Part shown: positions 55,205 to 64,000 of the stretch, one piece after another
Position numbering within the stretch: position 1 is the first letter of the stretch
Layout of the letters: every line of letters begins with the position of its first letter
Assembly (NCBI GenBank): GCA_964016885.1
Contig: OZ024765.1
Span: forward strand, 21,700,001-21,764,000
Origin: Eledone cirrhosa
Taxonomy: Eukaryota
Reading direction: 5' to 3'
DNA: 64,000 nucleotides
Notes under the pieces: generated by a model
Told to the model about the DNA's origin: nothing
Databases searched by the model: none
The model's input: only the letters and a program-made list of their open reading frames with translations
Translations under genes and position numbers: made by a program

Positions 55205-55650
55205 TATGACCTGTATATGTATATATATATATATGTATATATACATATACATATATATATATATACATATACATATATACATATATATATATACATATAC
55301 ATATATACATATACATATATATACATATATATACATATATATATATACATATACATATATACATATACATATATACATATACATATATATACATATATAT
55401 ATATACATATATATAATATATATATACATATATATAATATATATATACATATATATATATACATATACATATACATATATACATATACATATATATATAT
55501 ACATATATATAATATATATATACATATATATATATACATATACATATATATAATATATATATATACATATATATATATGCATATACATATATCTAATATA
55601 TATACATATATCTAATATATATACATATATATAATATATATACATATATA
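55205..55650. repeat. (TA)/(CATATA) microsatellite
   Basis: Direct inspection. Confidence 0.95.
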
Positions 55651-55654
55651 TAAT

Positions 55655-55986
55655 CATCATTTCATTTTACGTCCGCTTTTCCCTGCTTGCAAGGGTGGGA
55701 CGGGAACTGATTCTGGCTTGATTTCTACAGCTGGATGCCCTTCCTGACACCAACCTCATTTACAGTGAGTGCTGGGTGTTTTTTTGCCGTGGCACCTGCA
55801 CGACCACTTTACAGTGGAATGTTAGGGACCACAGTCCCTATCATCTCATTTCTACAGCTGAGTAAACTGGAGCAATGTGAAATAAAGTGTCTTGCTCAAG
55901 GAAACAACACATCACCCGGTCTGAGAATTGAACTCACAACCTTTCGATTGCAAGGCCAATGTTCTAACCACTAAGCCACGTGCCTT

Positions 55987-55988
<2 letters not shown>
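55655..55988 (-). mobile_element. SINE family 1, full length
   Basis: Reverse complement of 23718-24060. Confidence 0.88.
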
Positions 55989-56021
<33 letters not shown>

Positions 56022-56026
<5 letters not shown>

Positions 56027-58210
56027 ACCACCACCACCACTACTACTACACTGCATACCACCACTACTACTACACGACATAGCACCACCACCACCACTAC
56101 TACTACACTACATACCACTACTACTACATAGCACCACCACCACTACTACTACACTTCATAGCACCACCACCACTACTACACTTCATACCACCACCACCAC
56201 CACTACTGCTACTACATACCACCACCACTACTACTACACTACATACCACCACCACCACTACTACTACTACACTACATACCACCACTACTACTACTACTAC
56301 TACACTCCATACCACCACCACCCCTACTACTACTACACTCCATACCACCACTACTACTACTACACTCCATACCACCACCCCTACTACTACTACTACACTC
56401 CATACCACCACCACCCCTACTACTACTACACTCCATACCACCACCCCTACTACTACTACACTCCATACCACCACCCCTACTACTACTACACTCCATACCA
56501 CCACCCCTACTACTACTACACTACATACCACCACCACCACTACTACACTACATACCACCACCACCACCCCTACTACACTACATACCACCACCACCACCCC
56601 TACTACTACACTCCATACCACCACCCCTACTACTACACTCCATACCACCACCCCTACTACTACACTCCATACCACCACCCCTACTACTACACTACATATC
56701 ACCACCCCTACTACTACTACACTACATATCACCACCACCACCACTACACTACATACCACCACCACCACCACTACACTACATACCACCACTACCACCCCTA
56801 CTACTACACTACATACCACCGCCACCCCTACTACTACACTACATACCACCGCCACTACTACTACACTACATACCACCGCCACTACTACTACACTACATAC
56901 CACCACCACCACTACTACACTACATACCACCACCACCACCCCTACTACACTACATACCACCACCACTACATACCACCACTACTACACTACATACCACCAC
57001 TACTACTACTACTACACTCCATACCACCACCACCACCCCTACTACACTCCATACCACCACCACCACCCCTACTACACTCCATACCACCACCCCTACTACA
57101 CTCCATACCACCACCCCTACTACACTCCATACCACCACCCCTACTACACTCCATACCACCACCCCTACTACACTCCATACCTCCACCCCTACTACACTCC
57201 ATACCTCCACCCCTACTACACTCCATACCTCCACCCCTACTACACTCCATACCACCACCCCTACTACTACACTCCATACCACCACCCCTACTACTACACT
57301 CCATACCACCACCCCTACTACTACTACACTCCATACCACCACCCCCACTACTACACTCCATACCACCACCCCTACTACTACACTCCATACCACCACCCCT
57401 ACTACTACACTCCATACCACCACCCCTACTACTACACTCCATACCACCACCCCTACTACTACACTCCATACCACCACCCCTACTACTACACTCCATACCA
57501 CCACCCCTACTACTACTACACTCCATACCACCACCCCTACTACTACTACACTCCATACCACCACCCCTACTACTACTACACTCCATACCACCACCCCTAC
57601 TACTACTACACTCCATACCACCACCCCTACTACTACTACACTCCATACCACTACTACTACACTCCATACCACCACCCCTACTACTACTACACTCCATACC
57701 ACCACCACCACTACTACACTACATACCACCACCACCACTACTACACTACATACCACCACCACCACTACTACATACCACCACCACCACTACTACATACCAC
57801 CACCACCACTACTACATACCACCACCACCACTACTACATACCACCACCACCACTACTACATACCACCACCACCACTACTACATACCACCACCACCACTAC
57901 TACATACCACCACCACCACTACTACTACTACTACTACATAGCACAACCACCACTACCACTACTACTACACTACATACCACCACTGCCACTACTACTACAT
58001 AGCACCACTATTATCATGGCTGCCAACATCACCACCACCATTAGTACTACACATCATTATCATTGGGCCCCCCCCCCGCCACCTACATCACCACCAATAT
58101 TGTCAACACACCTTTATCATTAGCATCAACACCACCACTACTACACATCACCACTTCAGACTGCCACGACGACCACGACCACCACCACCACCACCACCAC
58201 CACACCCCAC
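56022..58210. repeat. (CAC/TAC)-based 24-33-bp minisatellite
   Basis: cactccataccaccacccctactacta units. Confidence 0.95.
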
Positions 58211-58304
58211 TACAAATTTAACCCACATCACAACAAACAGTCCTAAATTTTAACCCTCAATAAACTACATTTATTTCCAAATTAACAAAGAGTCCATATG
58301 TTTA

Positions 58305-59550
58305 CCATTTACATTACTCTATATATACTATTGTATTTTCACAGTAAAGACTTTACCTCACATAACATTTACATTACTCTATATATACTATTGTATTTTC
58401 ACAGTAAAGGCTTTACCTCACATAATATCTCACATAACATTTACATTACTCTATATATACTATTGTATTTTCAGAGTAAAGGCTTTACCCCACATAATAT
58501 CTCACATTTACATTACTCTATATATACTATTGTATTTTCACAGTAAAGGCTTTACCTCACATAATATCTCACATAACATTTACATTACTCTATATATACT
58601 ATTGTATTTTCACAGTAAAGGCTTTACCTCACATAATATCTCACATAACATTTACATTACTCTATATATACTATTGTATTTTCAGAGTAAAGGCTTTACC
58701 CCACATAATATCTCACAACATTTATATTACTCTATATATACTATTGTATTTTCACAGTAAAGTCTTTACCTCACATAACATTTACATTACTCTATATATA
58801 CTATTGTATTGTCACAGTAAAGGCTTTACCTCACATAATATCTCACACAACATTTACATTACTCTATATATACTATTGTATTTTCACAGTAAAGGCTTTA
58901 CCCCACATAATATCTCACATTTACATTACTCTATATATACTATTGTATTTTCACAGTAAAGTCTTTACCTCACATAATATCTCACATAACATTTACATTA
59001 CTCTATATATACTATTGTATTTTCAGAGTAAAGTCTTTACCTCACATAATATCTCACAACATTTACATTACTCTATATATACTATTGTATTGTCACAGTA
59101 AAGGCTTTACCTCACATAATACCTCACATAACATTTACATTACTCTATATATACTATTGTATTTTCACAGTAAAGGCTTTACCTCACATAATACCTCACA
59201 TAACATTTACATTACTCTATATATACTATTGTATTTTCACAGTAAAGGCTTTACCTCACATAATATCTCACATAACATTTACATTACTCTATATATACTA
59301 TTGTATTTTCACAGTAAAGTCTTTACCTCACATAATATCTCACATAACATTTACATTACTCTATATATACTATTGTATTTTCAGAGTAAAGGCTTTACCT
59401 CACATAATATCTCACAACATTTACATTACTCTATATATACTATTGTATTGTCACAGTAAAGGCTTTACCTCACATAATATCTCACATAACATTTACATTA
59501 CTCTATATATACTATTGTATTTTCACAGTAAAGGCTTTACCTCACATAAA
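58305..59550. repeat. 72-bp AT-rich satellite, second array
   Basis: Same unit and orientation as 40505-42110. Confidence 0.97.
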
Positions 59551-59749
59551 ATTGAATCTACAAGATTGATATATATATTTTGAGAACAATACCTTAACAT
59601 AAGTATGAGTGGTCAGTTTGAACAGAAATAGGTGAGAATTCTAGACAGATATTGGTTTAAATAATTATTTACTAGATCAACAAAATAAAGTACCAGTAAT
59701 ACACTGGAGTAATTGTTGGCCTTGTGCCAAAAGTAGAAACAATTATTAT

Positions 59750-59945
59750 TATTTCTAACACAAGGCCAGCAATTTGTCCTGAATATCAGCCCCCACCCCC
59801 AATATTTAACTGGTATTTTATTTCATCAGCCCTTAAGGATGAAAGGCAAAGTTAGCCTCAGCTGGATTTGAACTCAGAACGCAAAGGGCCGTAACTCCAT
59901 GCTGCAAAACGTTGTCCGATGCTCTACTGATACTGCCACTCCGGC
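59750..59945 (-). mobile_element. SINE family 2
   Basis: Similar to 23317-23500; an inverted tail fragment lies at 59680-59745. Confidence 0.72.
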
Positions 59946-59994
59946 AATAACACAGCTAAAGATCTCCTGAAGACAAAGGTGGGGGGTGACTCAG

Positions 59995-60960
59995 CAATAT
60001 ATATACACATACATATACACACATATCACACCACCAACAATATATATACACATACATATACACACATATCACACCACCAACAATATATATACACATACAT
60101 ATACACACATATCACACCACCAACAATATATATACACAAATCACACCACCAACAATATATATATACATACATATACACAAATCACACCAACAATATATAC
60201 ATACATACATATACACAAATCACACCAACAACAATATATATATATATATTTATATATATGTATATACAAACATACATATACACACACACATCACAAACTA
60301 TATATATATATACACACACACACATCACACCACCAACAATATATACAGTCATCACACCACCACCACCAACAATATATACACAGTCATCACACCACCACCA
60401 CCAACAATACATACACAGACATCACACCACCACCAATATATACATACACAGACATCACACCACCACCACCACCAATACATACAGACATCACACCACCACC
60501 ACCAATACATACACAGACATCACACCACCACCACCAACAATACACACACAGACATCACACCACCACCACCACACCACCACCAATACATACACAGACATCA
60601 CACCACCACCACCAACAATACATACAGACATCACACCACCACCACCACCAATACATACAGACATCACACCACCACCACCAACAATACATACACAGACATC
60701 ACACCACCACCACCACCAATACATACACAGACATCACACCACCACCACCAACAATACATACAGACATCACACCACCACCAACAATATATACACAGACATC
60801 ACACCACCACCCCCAACAATATATACACAGACATCACACCACCACCACCAATATATACATACACAGACATCACACCACCACCAACAATACACACACAGAC
60901 ATCACACCACCACCGCCACACCACCACCACCAACAATACATACAGACATCACACCACCAT
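59995..60960. repeat. CA-rich ~33-43-bp minisatellite
   Basis: acagacatcacaccaccaccaccaacaatacat units. Confidence 0.93.
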
Positions 60961-61259
60961 CAAAACAAATCTCTCTCTCAGCAGAGATTTATAAATATAA
61001 AGAGATTAGTCTAAATCTTCTTACAATAACAGCCCTGACCCAAACCAGGGAGTTTTCTCCTCCCAACACAGACCATAGTACCAACACCAATATTGGTACC
61101 AACATCAGGTACTAGAGTTGTTTATGGTAGACCAGCAGTTACCCATGCATACCAGTCTCCCCTCTCCACGCCACTGATGATGTCCAAGGGGAAGACAATG
61201 GCTCATACAGCTTGACACCAGTGACATCGCAACTCACATATACGATAATATATATATAT

Positions 61260-61505
61260 GCACACAAAAACAAGATGGCGTAGGACAGAACAAAGGAGAA
61301 GCACAAAAACAAAGAAAAGAATCCCCAGTCGCTGAAGAGGTCACAGAATGTGTGACGAAAGAACTTTGACAATATATGTACAATCGTCTGGTTGTGGAAC
61401 CAACCAACCAACCGGAAATTTATAAATTCCTAAATTTATAAATTTAAGTGAAAGCAACTGGTGCGTGTGTTTCTTATTGGCAACATGACCCTCCCAAAGT
61501 ATAAC
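61260..61505 (+). mobile_element. Penelope subfamily A solo 3' end, containing a hammerhead motif at 61328-61370
   Basis: Reverse complement of 1002-1265; GTCG-CTGAAGA-G-GTCACA...TGTGAC-GAAAGAACTT-TGAC. Confidence 0.85.
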
Positions 61506-61570
61506 AATCAATATCGGTTTCAACACACGTTTTCAGATAAAGAATCTTGTTAAACAAATTCAGAAACAAA

Positions 61571-61674
<104 letters not shown>

Positions 61675-61821
61675 ATTAAAATACTGGAGCGTGTTGGAGT
61701 TAAACACCCTCTTCGTATTATAGAAATGACAGTAAAAGGTATAGCTCAATGTAATTAAACAGAGCCGAAGAATTATGAAAATAAAACAAATAAGCCTTCA
61801 ATACATCAAAAGTCTTTATTA

Positions 61822-61859
61822 GCCAACAATGTTTCGTCCTATTAAGGACTCATCAGGGC
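61822..61859 (-). ncRNA. Type I minimal hammerhead ribozyme with a canonical core
   Basis: rc: gcc-CTGATGA-GTCCT taat AGGAC-GAAAC att GTT-ggc, followed by AATAAA; G10.1-C11.1 intact. Confidence 0.85.
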
Positions 61860-62278
61860 AATCAAAACCACAAGAAGTACTATCGGCCAATACAAGCCGA
61901 AAACTCCGAAGAATATGGAGTGTACATACACTAAAGTATTGGAAGATTATGGGTAAAAATATATAATAAAAATCACTAAGGAGATGGATAACATTTTGAA
62001 CCATATTACAAATATAGTCCAAAGCAAAAAAACTAAAGGTGGTTATATAGAGCAGGGAATTATAGTACTATATATAATGCAATATAATATAATATACTTG
62101 TAACAATATTAAAATTAAAATTATATATATATATATTTATATATGTAGATAAATCTACCAAGAGTTTACGGTAGTGTCCAATCCGTATGAAGAACTCAAT
62201 GTAATCCGGATATCATGGAAAGAAGAGATGCATTCAAAAATCACTTTCGGTGAAAGATAAACGGAATACAGAGTCAAG

Positions 62279-62691
62279 ATAAAGTATTAAAAAAATAATG
62301 AATAAAACAATGAAACAGTTCCTTATATTAAACAAAAAAAGTTCATTATTTAACGATCGTTTCTAGGACATATATGTGTTAGAATTGGCATGCATATTCA
62401 ACAGATCTATGTACAAAATTATACAAACTATCAAATATAATATACATACCAACACATACATATGCCGTCTTCAGAAATAATATTTCTGAAGACGGCATAT
62501 GTATGTGTTGGTATGTATATTGAATTTGATAGTTTGTATAATTTTGTATAATTTTGTACATAGATCTGTTGAATATGCATGCCAATTCTAACACATATAT
62601 GTCCTAGAAACGATCGTTAAATAATGAACTTTTTTTGTTTAATATAAGGAACTGTTTCATTGTTTTATTCATTATTTTTTTAATACTTTAT
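62279..62691. repeat. ~410-bp near-perfect palindrome centred at 62480, holding two divergent hammerhead motifs
   Basis: Arms are reverse complements apart from a 10-bp duplication and a few mismatches. Confidence 0.95.
62481..62623 (+). ncRNA. Hammerhead motif with a very long stem II (mirror copy at 62347-62479, minus strand)
   Basis: tattt-CTGAAGA-[~114-nt stem II]-GAAACGATCGTT-aaata; palindromic stem III ACGATCGT. Confidence 0.6.
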
Positions 62692-63159
62692 ATTTATATA
62701 TATATATTTAGCCAGAATCAGTTCCAGTCCCACCCTTGCAAGCAGGGAAAAGTGGACGTAAAAATATTGATGTGCATCGAGTGCTGATCTTCATTGTCTC
62801 ACCAGTTTTCTTCAGACTTACTGAACTTTCTACATATAAAAAAGGGTCGATCGACTTTCGTCAAAATCGGACCGAGGAAACAATGTTTCCGTTGGTCTTT
62901 CCAGTTGCTAGTTAGTACTACTATCGGTCGCAACTCCTGGTAGAAGGAGCAACGTGAAATAAAGTGTCTTTTTATATATATATATATATTTATATATAGG
63001 AACGATTAGGACCCCGACGGCTGAGCTCAAGCCGTTTCGACGGCTAATTCTGGACTATTACCCACTCTACTACCCTAAGTATTGAGTACTTTGGTGCGTT
63101 ATGGTCCACCTGGTTCCTTACCACATTTCCTTCGTTATATATATGTATATATATATATA

Positions 63160-63545
63160 TAAAGTGGTCATGTAGGAGACACAGTAAAAAGGCTCCCAGT
63201 CCACACTGTAAATGTAGTTGGTGTTAGGAAGGGCATCCAACCGTAGAAAACCTGCCAGAGACAGTTCTGTACGAGACACGGTCTCCAGACCAATCTCGCC
63301 TCAAGTGGGACAAAACCGTCCAACCCATGCTAACATGGAAGATGGACGTTAAACAATGATGATGATACACACAGAATATGTATAGTGGAAGGTAATGGCT
63401 GATACAGCTTGGCACCAGTGACATCGCAACTAATTTCAACAGCTGAATAAACTGGAGCAACATGAGATAAAGTGTCTTGCTCCAGGGAATCGAACTCACA
63501 ACTTCACAATTTGTAAGCCTGATGCTCTAACAACTGAGCCACAAT
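63160..63545. mobile_element. SINE fragments: + strand tail 63160-63365 and - strand head/core 63400-63545
   Basis: aggaagggcatccaaccgtagaaa...ggacgttaaacaatgatgatga; aagtgtcttgct...aatcgaactc. Confidence 0.65.
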
Positions 63546-63589
63546 GATAAAGTTGACCTCAACAAACTAGTGATAGAGAGACGAGGTAA

Positions 63590-63945
63590 GAGATATAGAG
63601 GAAGAATCAACCCCAGTACGTAACTGGTACTGTATATATAATATCTTCAGGTCTAAATACAGCAGATTTCTACCAGAGAAAGTATGTAAGAAAGAGCTAT
63701 AGAGGCAGAATGAACCTCAGTACATGACTGGTACTATACAGCAGATTTCTACCAGAGAAAGTATGTAAGAAAGAGATATAGAGGTAAAATGAACCTCAGT
63801 ACATGACTGGTATTGTGTATATATGTATATATATATATATATATATCATCTTCAGGTCTAAATACAGCAGATTTCTACCAGAGAAAGTATGTAAGAAAGA
63901 GATATAGAGGTAGAATCAACCCCAGTACATGACTGGTACTATATT
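63590..63945. repeat. Short tandem repeat, ~80-135-bp unit, three copies
   Basis: tacagcagatttctaccagagaaagtatgtaagaaagag...cagtacatgactggta repeated. Confidence 0.85.
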
Positions 63946-64000
63946 TATTTACCTACAATTATACTATTTTTTTATAGACTTTGAATGGATGTCGGCAGGA

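Noticed and set aside
49688-55660. Long Y/I/C/V/M-rich ORFs (also 36382-37403 and 17096-17714)
   Set aside because: Translations of TA/CA microsatellites
55980-57941. 653-aa His/Pro/Tyr-rich ORF as a structural (beak-like or extensin-like) protein
   Set aside because: Starts in a SINE/(TA)n tract, has no signal peptide, shifts repeat frame internally and is open in several frames on both strands; a CAC/TAC minisatellite

Overview
Eukaryotic, AT-rich, microsatellite-saturated animal DNA. Repeat style suggests a cephalopod (octopus-like); this is inference, not a database match. One host gene is clear: a five-coding-exon INSIG (insulin-induced gene) ortholog on the minus strand (49632->40396, 201 aa), whose second coding-region intron is a GT-AG U12 (minor-spliceosome) intron. 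The rest is mobile-element debris and satellites: a Helitron helicase fragment, Penelope-like (GIY-YIG) retroelements, a 13 kb Buster/Charlie hAT transposon containing an ~11 kb 40-bp satellite, an L1/Tx1-like LINE lacking its RT core, RTE fragments and two tRNA-derived SINE families. Standout structures: (i) about 14 hammerhead-ribozyme motifs of several sequence families, including two long palindromes that each carry a back-to-back ribozyme pair; (ii) a 77-bp satellite built from a LINE ORF2 segment plus the LINE's own (TCTA)n tail; (iii) tandem repeats that have amplified real splice sites on both sides of an INSIG exon. Most long ORFs in the ORF track are microsatellite artefacts. All RNA folds and alignments were done by eye.
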